This document shows, one piece after another, positions 54,561 to 64,000 of a stretch of 64,000 bases of DNA. How positions within the stretch are numbered: the stretch's first letter is position 1; each line of letters opens with the position of its first letter. The DNA is from an uncultured delta proteobacterium (GTDB taxonomy: Bacteria > Desulfobacterota > Syntrophia > Syntrophales > UBA2185), in the NCBI GenBank assembly GCA_963695875.1, contig CAVOID010000003.1, forward strand, positions 96,001 to 160,000. The letters are read 5' to 3'. The position numbers and the translations under genes were made by a program. The notes beneath the pieces are model-generated. The model was not told the DNA's origin and did no database searches. It saw only the letters and a program-made list of their open reading frames with translations.

Positions 54561-55775
54561 ATGGAGGAAAATATGGCCGGTGCGGAACTTATCGGAAAAG
54601 AAGAAATAAAAGAAATTATGGATGTACTGGAAACAGGTATCCTTATGAGATACGGATTTGACAAGGAAAGGAAAGGCGTCTTCAAGGTACGGCAATTCGA
54701 GGAGGAGTTTTCGCGATATTGCGACGCAAAATATGCCTTGGGTGTAACATCCGGTTCCACAGCACTTAAAGTGGCCCTTACGGCAATGGATGTAGGGCCG
54801 GGGGATGAGGTCATCGTACCGGCATTCACCTTTATCGCTTCTTATGAGGCGGTTTTGGAAGTCGGAGCGATACCGATAGTGGCTGACATTGATGAAACCC
54901 TGAACCTGGATCCCGACGATATTGAAAAGAGGATCACCCCCTATACAAAGGCCGTTATTCCCGTACACATGTGCGGTGCTCCGGCACGTATCGACAAAAT
55001 CATGGCTGTAGCCAGAAAGCATAAGCTTCTTGTCCTTGAGGATAATGCCCAGGCCAGTGGCGGGAGCTATCGCGGGAAAAAACTGGGAACATTTGGTGAT
55101 ATGGGTATCTTCAGCTTTGACTATTACAAAACGGTTACCACCGGCGAAGGAGGAATGGTCTTGACAGATAGCAAAGATTATTATCTCCGTGCCGAGTGGT
55201 ATCACGATCATGGTCATGACCACAACCCCAATGTCAGCAGAGCACTTGAGGGGCGAACCATTCTGGGGTTTAACTACCGGATGAACGAGATCCAGGGAGC
55301 CCTTGGCCTCGCCCAGTTGAGGAAACTTGATACTATTATTGCTGAACAGAAAAAAAATAAACAGGCAATCAAGGAAGTCCTTCGCAAAGTCAAGGGCATT
55401 AAATTCCGGGATATACCTGATCCTGATGGTGATACGGCAACCTTTCTTGCCTTCAATCTGCCCGATGAGGGTACTGCATCGAAGTTTCAGAAGGCGCTCG
55501 GCAGCGAGGGAGTCGATACGGTCTGTTTCAAGAACAATTTGTGGCACTATCTTCCCAACTGGGAGCATTTTCTGGCAAGGGCGACGGCGAATTCAAAAAA
55601 ATATCCCTTTACAGACCCGTCGTATAAAGGAAAAGTCAACTATGACAGATCAACCATTCCCCGGGCGGAGGATATCCTTTCCCGGACCCTTGTGATAGCA
55701 ATAACAGTCAAGATGCCTGAAGAGAAATTTTTGAGAATCAAAGGCGGTATTGAGAAAGCGGCTAAAGGCCTATAG
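54561..55775 (+). CDS. DegT/DnrJ-family sugar aminotransferase, KdnA-like
   Basis: SGSTAL, EDNAQA, SFDYYK, GEGG; DHGHDH, FRDIPDPDGD and N-terminal G.ELIG..E recall KdnA. Confidence 0.85.
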   Translation: MEENMAGAELIGKEEIKEIMDVLETGILMRYGFDKERKGVFKVRQFEEEFSRYCDAKYALGVTSGSTALKVALTAMDVGPGDEVIVPAFTFIASYEAVLEVGAIPIVADIDETLNLDPDDIEKRITPYTKAVIPVHMCGAPARIDKIMAVARKHKLLVLEDNAQASGGSYRGKKLGTFGDMGIFSFDYYKTVTTGEGGMVLTDSKDYYLRAEWYHDHGHDHNPNVSRALEGRTILGFNYRMNEIQGALGLAQLRKLDTIIAEQKKNKQAIKEVLRKVKGIKFRDIPDPDGDTATFLAFNLPDEGTASKFQKALGSEGVDTVCFKNNLWHYLPNWEHFLARATANSKKYPFTDPSYKGKVNYDRSTIPRAEDILSRTLVIAITVKMPEEKFLRIKGGIEKAAKGL

Positions 55776-55795
55776 GCCTATAGGGAGAAGGATTC

Positions 55796-56767
55796 ATGAT
55801 CATCGTCACCGGCGGAGCCGGATTTATCGGGAGCGCCTTTGTCTGGAAACTGAATACAGAAGGCATCAACGACATCGTGATCGTCGATGACCTCGGACAG
55901 ACGGACAAATGGAAGAATCTCGTAAACCTGCGTTATGCTGAGTACATCCACAAAGACGTGTTCCTCCGGATGCTCCGCAGCGAACAGGCGCCTTTCCAGC
56001 CCAGGGCAATCATACACATGGGGGCCTGCTCATCAACGACGGAACGCAATGCCGACTATTTAATGGACAATAATTATCACTATACATGCCGCCTCGCCGA
56101 ATGGGCACTCGCTCGCGGCATTCGCTTCATCTATGCGAGTTCTGCCGCCACGTACGGGGATGGATCCAAGGGGTTTTCCGATGAGAATGCACGTACGGAA
56201 ACACTTCACCCGATCAATATGTACGGGTATTCCAAGCAGCTCTTCGACCTCTGGGTTTTGAGGAATAAGGTGGAGAATAAGATGGTCGGGATAAAATTTT
56301 TCAATGTCTTCGGTCCCAACGAGTATCACAAGGGTGACATGCGGAGTGTTGTTCATAAGGCCTTTGAACAGATCAGGGACACAGGAAAAGTCCGACTCTT
56401 CAAGTCTTATAAGCCTGAATACGCCGATGGCGGACAGATGCGTGATTTTGTCTATGTCAAGGATTGCGTCGATATCATGTGGTGGTTGTATGACCATCCG
56501 GAGGTCAACGGCATATTCAATCTGGGGACCGGTAAGGCCCGGACATGGAATGACCTGATCCATGCCGTTTTTTCAGCCATGAATATCAAGCCCAAAATTG
56601 AGTATTTCGAAATGCCGCCGGAGATCCGTGATCAGTACCAGTATTTTACAGAGGCGAAGATGGACAAACTCCGTGCAACGGGATGCCCGATTAATTTCCT
56701 GCCAATGGAAGAGGCAGTACAGGACTATGTCGTAAATTACTTGCAGAAACCGGATCCTCATCTATGA
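55796..56767 (+). CDS. hldD: ADP-L-glycero-D-manno-heptose 6-epimerase
   Basis: [47 protein letters not shown]. Confidence 0.94.
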   Translation: MIIVTGGAGFIGSAFVWKLNTEGINDIVIVDDLGQTDKWKNLVNLRYAEYIHKDVFLRMLRSEQAPFQPRAIIHMGACSSTTERNADYLMDNNYHYTCRLAEWALARGIRFIYASSAATYGDGSKGFSDENARTETLHPINMYGYSKQLFDLWVLRNKVENKMVGIKFFNVFGPNEYHKGDMRSVVHKAFEQIRDTGKVRLFKSYKPEYADGGQMRDFVYVKDCVDIMWWLYDHPEVNGIFNLGTGKARTWNDLIHAVFSAMNIKPKIEYFEMPPEIRDQYQYFTEAKMDKLRATGCPINFLPMEEAVQDYVVNYLQKPDPHL

Positions 56768-57533
56768 AAGTCGTCTGCATCATACCTGCCCGCTATGACT
56801 CCTCCCGCTTTCCCGGGAAGCCCCTTGCCGATCTGTGCGGCAAACCGATGATCCAGCATGTCTATGAACGGGTAGTGCAGAGCAAAGACGGTTTCCTATG
56901 CCGCCGTGGCCACGGATGATGAAAGAATTTTGACCGCTGTGCAAAGCTTCGGCGGCCATGCCATCATGACCTCAGCAACTCACAGATCGGGCACGGACCG
57001 GATCGCCGAAGCAGTCATCCAACTTGATCTTGCAATGCTTCCGATATCGTTGTGAATATCCAGGGAGATCAGCCCCTCTTTGAACCGTTCACAGATTGAT
57101 GAAGTGGCGAAACCGCTCCTAGATGATCCGACGATCCCCATGTCCACCCTGATCTATAAAATTGTGAGGGAAGAAGAGATTACTCATCCCAACGCGGTAA
57201 AGGTCGTCTTTGACAACGACCATTTTGCCATCTATTTTTCCCGGGCGACGATTCCGTATGTTCGGGATAAAGGGACAAGGCGTCATACTACAAGCACCAC
57301 GGCATCTATGCCTACAGGAGGCATTTCTCGAAACCTTTACTCGACTCCCCGAGGGAGTACTTGAAAGACTGGAGGCACTCGAACAACTGAGGGCGATGGA
57401 GCATGGTTACAGAATTAAGGTTGTGGAGACATTACACGACTCTGTGGAGGTCGATACCCCCCAGGAACTCAAGAGGGTGAGAAGACTCATCAAGAGTCGT
57501 GATTCAGTGAGAAAAAGGACGAACAATGATTGA
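56764..57533 (+). CDS. kdsB: CMP-Kdo synthetase (several indels)
   Basis: Read manually: [44 protein letters not shown]. Confidence 0.9.
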
Positions 57534-58463
57534 TATTGCTTACTTGAAGAGGATCAACCTGGTATCCAAACCCATTGGCCAAAGGATTGTAGCTGCACTA
57601 TTATTGTATTCCCAATTATCGTATTTTTGCCAAAGTGGATATTCAGATTGAAAATATCGATCGTATTCCGCGTGATGAGAATGTGATTTTTGCCATGAAT
57701 CACACGGATCGCTTCAACTACTGGCCCTTTCAGTATAAGCTCTGGAGCTATGAAATGTTTCCCGTATACCACGGCCTGGGTGAAGGGGAAGTATTACAGA
57801 AATGCCCTTCTCGCGAAGGGGCTTGATCTCTGCAACTGCGATCCCCGTGCCATCCATGAAGTATCTGATTGAAGAGTTCTACAGGAAAAAATTTAAGACA
57901 AGGCCTGACGGCAACCTCTACAGGGCAATTAAAGACGTGATTGACGGCAGATATGAGAAGATCGAACAATATCCCGGGATGGCCGCCGAGGCGGTAAGTG
58001 CGATGGGGGAGCAGTTTGTCGAATTTATCAGCGGCTACTATGATCTCATCATGGAGGGTGTGGCAGCCCTGAGCTGGAAGGCCTTGTGCGAGAAAGGACT
58101 CAATCTCATCATTTTTCCGGAAGGCACACGGGGTACCACGCTTGGTGAAGGACGAACCGGCCTAGCCCAGGTGGCACTCGCCACGGGAAAAAGATCGTTC
58201 CTGTCGGCTGCAATAATTCGGATGCTCTCTACACCGGGAGCCTTCCCTTTGCAAAGAGCGGCGTTATCACTTACCGGATAGGTGAACCCCTCTCTCTGGA
58301 TAACCGGCTCAAAGAATTTCGCATAGAAGAGAAATTCACACTTCTGTCTAAAGAATCACAGCTGAAATACAAGAAACATTTCGAACAGGTTACAGCGATC
58401 GTCATGGAAAGCATCAACCAGCTTTTAGACGAGAAGTACCGCCGAGCGTTTACCGGTACTTGA
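57526..58463 (+). CDS. PlsC-like lysophospholipid acyltransferase (several indels)
   Basis: AMNHTDRFNYWP and IFPEGTRG across ORFs 57635 and 57802. Confidence 0.75.
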
Positions 58464-58490
58464 TGTTAGAATTACTCCCATCATTTCAAA

Positions 58491-58736
58491 CTAAGTCTTA
58501 TATTTGACGGTTGTAGAGGGATGCGTTATTTTTCGTTCGTGATCCATCATTATTTTTAGCTCTCTAATGTCATCATTTAACTTCGAGAACGCCTTCTCGT
58601 ACTCGCCCTTGCACTCAGAATTTAAAGACGGATTCATCAACACCAACTTCATGCCGGTTCTAATTATCTCGGCTTCTTCGAGTGAACGTTTCAAGTGTTC
58701 CATCTTTTTCAATCCAGTGCGTCCTTCTATCGTCAT
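58491..58736 (-). CDS. Small hypothetical helical protein
   Basis: 81-aa ORF with charged amphipathic composition and no recognised motif. Confidence 0.45.
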   Translation of the reverse strand: MTIEGRTGLKKMEHLKRSLEEAEIIRTGMKLVLMNPSLNSECKGEYEKAFSKLNDDIRELKIMMDHERKITHPSTTVKYKT

Positions 58737-58858
58737 AAATTTCTTGCCGTTTTGCAAAAAGCAGGAATCGAAAATGTTACTTCAATCTTTTAGTATTATT
58801 TTTTCGCTTCCTGCAGAATTTCATAGACCAAATCCGGTCTTGTAACCTGCACATAAAA

Positions 58859-59041
58859 TCATTTGAGTCTTATACAGTCTTTTTTCCACAGACAATCCTC
58901 CGCACATGTGTTCCTCGTATGAAAACATGGCGAATAGCCTTCTCTTAGCTGAATATCCCGGATGATGTCCCCCTTTTTGCGGCCACCATTCGAGTCAACA
59001 CCCCAGGTCTTTGCAATTTTACGAATCTCTTGAATATTCAT
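58859..59041 (-). CDS. 60-aa protein with a Rho-N/SAP-like helical start and four cysteines
   Basis: RBS aaggagg; MNIQEIRKIAK..KKGDIIRDIQLREGYSPCF..C...CLWKKDC. Confidence 0.8.
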   Translation of the reverse strand: MNIQEIRKIAKTWGVDSNGGRKKGDIIRDIQLREGYSPCFHTRNTCAEDCLWKKDCIRLK

Positions 59042-59155
59042 TTCATGATCCTCCTTTTCATTCGAGCGATTTTCTTTCCGCAAACAATCGGTTTTTAAGC
59101 AAGGTTCTTGTTAAAAGGCATGCTGATTAGCCGTTATTTTGAATTTACAGGAAAT

Positions 59156-59171
59156 TGCACTAACTATGCCA
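59156..59171 (-). promoter_or_regulatory. Sigma-54 (-24/-12) promoter
   Basis: Minus strand TGGCATAGTTAGTGCA, GG-N10-GC. Confidence 0.7.
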
Positions 59172-59294
59172 TATTGGAAGGATAAAGGTAGGCAGTACTG
59201 TATAAACAGAAAAAACCCGCCAATTATAGCTACTTAGACAAAAGAGACTGGCGCTGCATCGCTTTATTGGAATAATGCAAGTAACTGAAATGAA

Positions 59295-59321
59295 TGTCAA
59301 TTAATTGACAATTTTATGACA
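59295..59321. promoter_or_regulatory. Palindromic activator-binding candidate sites
   Basis: Perfect 16-bp palindrome TGTCAATTAATTGACA plus overlapping TGACAATTTTATGACA, about 125-150 bp upstream of the -24 element. Confidence 0.55.
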
Positions 59322-59350
59322 ACCCGTCAGCTATGCCATTGGCGGGACAA

Positions 59351-59393
59351 TAAACAGGAAGAGCGCCCATTCGCTTAAAATGGACGCTCTCCC
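59351..59393 (-). terminator. Probable terminator of the ilv operon
   Basis: Stem gagcgtccatt / aatgggcgctc just downstream of the ilvD stop. Confidence 0.6.
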
Positions 59394-59426
59394 GATAAAG
59401 CACAGGTGAGTTGTATTATAACAGTA

Positions 59427-61090
59427 TCAGTCTTTCAAGATGGCGCCGGTGCTGGCTGAGGTAACCATTCTGGCATACCGGACGAGGTAACCGCTGTTAA
59501 TCGCCGGTGGCTGGGGTCTGAATTTCGCCTGTCTTCGCTTTAATTCCTCCGGGTTGACCTTGAGGGTAATTGTCTTTTTCGGAATATCGATGGCGATAAC
59601 ATCACCCTCCTTTACTAGGCCGATGGGGCCTCCTTCAGCAGCCTCCGGAGAGATGTGTCCGATAGCGGCGCCGCGTGTACCACCGCTGAACCTTCCATCC
59701 GTCAGTAGGGCCACCGTCGTATCGAGTCCCATCCCGGCTATTGCTGATGTCGGTCCCAGCATCTCCCGCATACCGGGTCCTCCTTTCGGACCCTCATAGC
59801 GGATTACGACAATATCTCCCGGTTTGATCTTCCCGCCGAGGATGGAAGCAATCGCATCGTCTTCGGCATCGAAGATGCGGGCCTTGCCTTCATTGACGAG
59901 CATATTTTCTGCGACAGCGGACTGCTTCACCACGGCACCGTCAGGCGCCAGATTTCCTCTGAGGATGGCAATGCCCCCTTCTTTCGTATATGGTTTGTCC
60001 AGAGGCCTGATGACCGAATTGTTTAGTACCCTGGCGTCTTTCAGATTCTTGCCCACGGTTTTCCCTGTCACCGTCATGGCATTCAGATTAATGACACCGA
60101 GTTGACTTATTTCCTTCATTACAGCCTGGACACCGCCTGCCATGTCCAGGTCTTCTAAGTGGTGCTGTCCTGCGGGACTTAGTTTGCAGATATTGGGCGT
60201 TTTTTTGCTGATCTCATTGAACATGTCCAAATCCAGCTTGATTCCCGCTTCATGGGCAATGGCAGGAATATGCAGGACCGTATTGGTCGAACACCCCAGG
60301 GCCATGTCCACGGCGATGGCATTTTTAAAGGCTTTCAAAGTGGCTATATTCCTCGGACGGATGTCTTTCTTGAGGAGTTCCATGATTTTCATGCCGGCCT
60401 GCTTTGCCAGGCGCTGCCGGGCCGCTTGAACAGCGGGTACCGTGCCATTTCCGGGAAGGCCGAGACCAAGGGCCTCGGTGACGCAGTTCATGGAATTTGC
60501 CGTGTACATACCGGAACAGGATCCACAGCCCGGGCAGGCACAGTCTTCCAGAGCCTTGAGATATTGCTCCTTCATCTGGCGGGATTTTACCTTTCCCACG
60601 CCCTCGAAGACGCTGATGAGGTCCACAGTTTTCCCTTCCAGGGTTCCTGCCATCATAGGACCACCGCTGATGAAGATAGTAGGGATGTTCAGGCGCAGTG
60701 CCGCCATCAGCATTCCGGGGATGATCTTATCGCAGTTGGGGATCATGACCAGGGCATCAAAGGGATGGGCCATGACCATAACCTCGATGGAATCGGCAAT
60801 GAGCTCCCGGCTGGCAAGGGAGTATTTCATGCCGGTATGCCCCATGGCAATGCCGTCACATACGCCGATGACGGGAAATTCGACAGGTGTGCCCCCCGCC
60901 ATGCGGATGCCCTGACTTTCACATCTTCGGTTATGATATCTAAATGAATATGGCCGGGGACGATTTCATTGGCGGAGTTCACCACGCCGATCAACGGCTG
61001 TGCGATTTCTTCATCGGTATACCCCATGGCCTTGAACAGAGATCTGTGGGGTGCCCGCTCCAATCCTTTTTTCATCAGGTCGCTTCTCAT
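59427..61090 (-). CDS. ilvD: Dihydroxy-acid dehydratase (frameshift near 60915)
   Basis: [50 protein letters not shown]. Confidence 0.96.
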
Positions 61091-61129
61091 GCTTTCCTCC
61101 TGCTTTCCTCCTGTTTTTTTACAATGCCG

Positions 61130-62177
61130 CTATTTTTTTCTCCGTTCCGGCCTTAAAGATCGAACTACTGCACCTGCCAGCCACATCTCGCTGTTTTTCA
61201 TGGTGTCGAGTTCCTTCTGCAGTTTCTCCCTGTAGTCGGGAGCAGAGTTGACTTCCAGGACAATCGCGGTTTCTTTGCCGGAGGCCACTCTGTCATATAA
61301 TGCATCGAAAACAGGTGCTACAGCATCACGGAACCTATTTTTCCAGTCCAAGGGCGCCTCGCTGGGCCGTTGTACTGCAATTGGCATACATCCAGTCCAT
61401 GCCGTTTTGAGCGACGAGCGGCATGAGGCTCTGGGTCAGCTCTTCGACGGTTTCATTGAAGGCTTCGCTCGGACTGTGGCCGTGTTTGCGAAGGACATTA
61501 TACTGGGCTTCCAGGACACCGGCCAGACATCCCATGAGGACGCCACGCTCACCTGTGAGATCGCTGTAAACTTCTTTTTCAAAGGTGGTCGGGAACAGAT
61601 ATCCCGAACCGATGGCAATACCAACGGCAAGGGTTCTTTCCAGAGCCTTTCCCGTGTAATCCTGGAAAACGGCGTAGCTGGAATTGATGCCGCTACCGGC
61701 AAGAAAGTTGTCGCGCACGGTGCGTCCTGCACCTTTTGGCGCTACCAGAATAACATCGATGTCGGCGGGAGGAATCACACCGGTCTGCTCTTTGTAAACG
61801 ATGGAGAATCCGTGAGAAAAATAGAGGGCCTTCCCTTTCGTCAGGTGTGGTTTGAGTTCCGGCCACATGGCCTTCTGGCCCGCATCGGACAGCAGGTACT
61901 GGATAATGGTGCCGCGTTTGGCCGCTTCTATTGGCGGAAACAGGGTCTCACCGGGGATAAAGCCTTCATCGATGGCCTTTTGCCAGTTGTATTCTCCCTC
62001 GCCGACGATACAGCGGATTCCGTTATCTTTCATATTCAAGGCCTGTCCCCGTCCCTGAACACCGTAACCGATGACGGCAACTATTTCATCTTTAAGCACC
62101 TCCCGTGCCTTTTCCAGTGTAAATTCCTCAGAGGTGACAACCTCTTCCATGACTCCGCCAATGTTGATTTTTGGCAT
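61130..62177 (-). CDS. ilvC: Ketol-acid reductoisomerase (frameshift near 61355)
   Basis: IGYGVQG, FSHGF, VAPKG, SDLTGERGVLMG, MDWMYANCSTTAQRGA. Confidence 0.95.
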
Positions 62178-62257
62178 ATAAAGTACCTCCTCACTTTGAT
62201 GATTAAATTATTAAAAGTGCGATATAGCTTGTACTTTAAAACACTCTTGATCTGCGA

Positions 62258-62743
62258 TTATTTATGACGCTCCAAGGCGATAACTCCCGTTCTCGTAAAA
62301 TCATCCATACCCATTTTTTCTAAGAGAGCCAGGGCATTATCGATGTCTTCTTTATCGCCCGTGACTTCCAGAATACAGATATCAGCATCCATGCTTACAA
62401 TTTTCCACTTGAGTGTGTCAATAGTTTGCATGATTTTTCCTTGATTCGCCTCCGTAAATTTCATCCTGACCAGTATCATTTCCCTACAGGCTGAATCACT
62501 GCGCGTCAAATCCTTGACTTCGAGGACATCGATGATTTTGGTCAGCTGCTTTTCAAGTTTGATGACGGTTTCCCGATTACCGAGGGTTGTAATAATGATT
62601 CTGGTAATATCAGGATTCCTGGTGATGTTTGCCGAGATGCTTTCAATGTTGAACCCCCGTCCGCTGAAGGTTCCGGCAATCCTTGCCAGGACGTCAGGTT
62701 TGTTGTTCACTAGGATTGAAATCGTGTTTTCTTTAATTTCCAT
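62258..62743 (-). CDS. ilvN: Acetolactate synthase small subunit
   Basis: [42 protein letters not shown]. Confidence 0.92.
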   Translation of the reverse strand: MEIKENTISILVNNKPDVLARIAGTFSGRGFNIESISANITRNPDITRIIITTLGNRETVIKLEKQLTKIIDVLEVKDLTRSDSACREMILVRMKFTEANQGKIMQTIDTLKWKIVSMDADICILEVTGDKEDIDNALALLEKMGMDDFTRTGVIALERHK

Positions 62744-62802
62744 AATAAGTTGAATCCTCTCTCAATATTTTTTGATGTGAAACCCTTGAAAATATGTGGT
62801 GT

Positions 62803-62865
62803 GTGCCATTCCGCGGGGAGAAGCAACGAGGAATCTTTAAGATCCCTTCCTTCCGTCGGTACAAG
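62803..62865. repeat. Degenerate REP-like element between ilvB and ilvN
   Basis: gccattccg..gaagcaacgaggaatct..agatcccttc resembles GTCATT-type extragenic palindromes. Confidence 0.3.
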
Positions 62866-62935
62866 GATTTGTACTTTAGATCGAAATGACACAGTGCGCG
62901 TTTTTCAAAGGGCACTAAATATCTTTTAATATGTC

Positions 62936-64000
62936 TTACTTGCTCAAGACCATCTCTGTCAGCGCCGCACCTGGTGAAACCATAGGATATACACCTTCCT
63001 CTGGTTCGACATGGAAATCCATTATCACTGTCTTTGAGCGTATCAAGACCTTGTTGTAATGTGGCCTCTACCTCTTCGGGACGGGTTGCCCGCAGGCCGA
63101 CAGCATCGTAGGCTTCAGCCAGTTTCACAAAATCAGGGACATTGCGTATATTACTATGAGAATACCGTTTCCCATAAAATAACTCCTGCCACTGGCGAAC
63201 CATGCCCAGGAAGCCATTGTTCAATATGACTATTTTAACCGGAAGGTCGTAATTGACAGCCGTTGCCAGCTCCTGAATGTTCATCTGAATACTTCCGTCA
63301 CCGGCAATATCCACAACAACCCTGTCAGGACAAGCAACCTGTGCACCTATTGCTGCCGGGAAATCCGAAGCCCATTGTACCCAGACCGCCCGACGAAATG
63401 AAGGAGTTCGGATAATCAAAATGATAGAATTGTGCAGCCCACATCTGGTTCTGTCCCACCTCTGTCGTTATGATTGCCTTGCCCTTTGTGAGGCGGTACA
63501 GTGTATCAACCACGTGCTGGGGTTTTATTTTGTCACCCTGGCAGTATGTCATGGGTGCGTGCTTTTTCCATGCCGCTATTTGATCGAGCCATGCCTTTGT
63601 CTGTGCTTCGGGGATTACAAATTTATCATCGGCAATCCACTTGTTGAGAAGCTGTAATACAGGCTTACAGTCACTGGCAATCGACAGATGTGTCTTTACA
63701 AATTTGTCGATTGACGCCGGATCAATGTCAATGTGGATAACCTTGGCATGCGGCGCAAAGGCATCCAGCTTTGAAGTGACACGGTCGTCAAACCGCATGC
63801 CGAGGGCAATCATCAGGTCGCAATTACTGATGGCCATGTTAGCATAATAGGTGCCGTGCATCCCCGGCATGCCAAGCCAGTGGGGGTCTGTGGCAGGAAA
63901 TGCCCCGAGCCCCATCAATGTTGAGGTAATGGGGATGTTTAGCGCTTTCACAAATGTTCTCAATTCATCCCAGGCCCGGCCTAGCATTACACCACCACCC
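62936..64000 (-). CDS. ilvB: Acetolactate synthase large subunit, 5' end outside the window (two frameshifts)
   Basis: [33 protein letters not shown], ThDP motif [11 protein letters not shown]. Confidence 0.95.

Noticed and set aside
54558..55568. 336-aa minus-strand ORF
   Set aside because: Antisense shadow of the aminotransferase with no recognisable motifs
61248..62267. 339-aa plus-strand ORF
   Set aside because: Antisense shadow of ilvC; similar shadows occur over gyrA, gyrB and ilvD

Overview
A 64 kb chromosomal window around the replication origin of an anaerobic bacterium. Gene content suggests Desulfobacterota, probably Syntrophales-like (inference only). It holds about 55 protein genes. 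I found no rRNA, tRNA, CRISPR array, prophage or transposase. The core block reads rsmG-parA-parB-dnaA-[oriC]-dnaN-gyrB on the minus strand. A 13.6 kb block (RND efflux pump, acyl-CoA dehydrogenase, Fe-S protein, ptb-ptb-buk) separates gyrB from gyrA-archease-rtcB. Other genes include purF, ilvBNCD, an LPS/Kdo cluster (Fe-ADH, KdnA-like aminotransferase, hldD, kdsB, acyltransferase), ftsH, a ClpX-like ATPase and paaK. About 20 genes, including essential dnaA, dnaN and gyrB, are broken by single-base indels. These are almost certainly long-read assembly errors, so those genes are reported as reconstructed single CDSs with approximate boundaries. The best candidate for an undescribed system is the three-gene operon at 20991-23884. 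It encodes a membrane HAMP-GGDEF enzyme with both guanine-selecting residues replaced (Asn to Ala, and Asp to Ser, the latter being the Hypr/cGAMP-synthase signature), a QseG-like coiled-coil lipoprotein and an HD-GYP phosphodiesterase. Also notable: an oriC with a clear DnaA-trio unwinding module but non-canonical (..AACA) DnaA boxes, two Ptb paralogues that have lost complementary motifs, a ClpX paralogue with a C-terminal extension, and a probably NADH-preferring IlvC. All product calls rest on motif recognition by eye; no searches were run.
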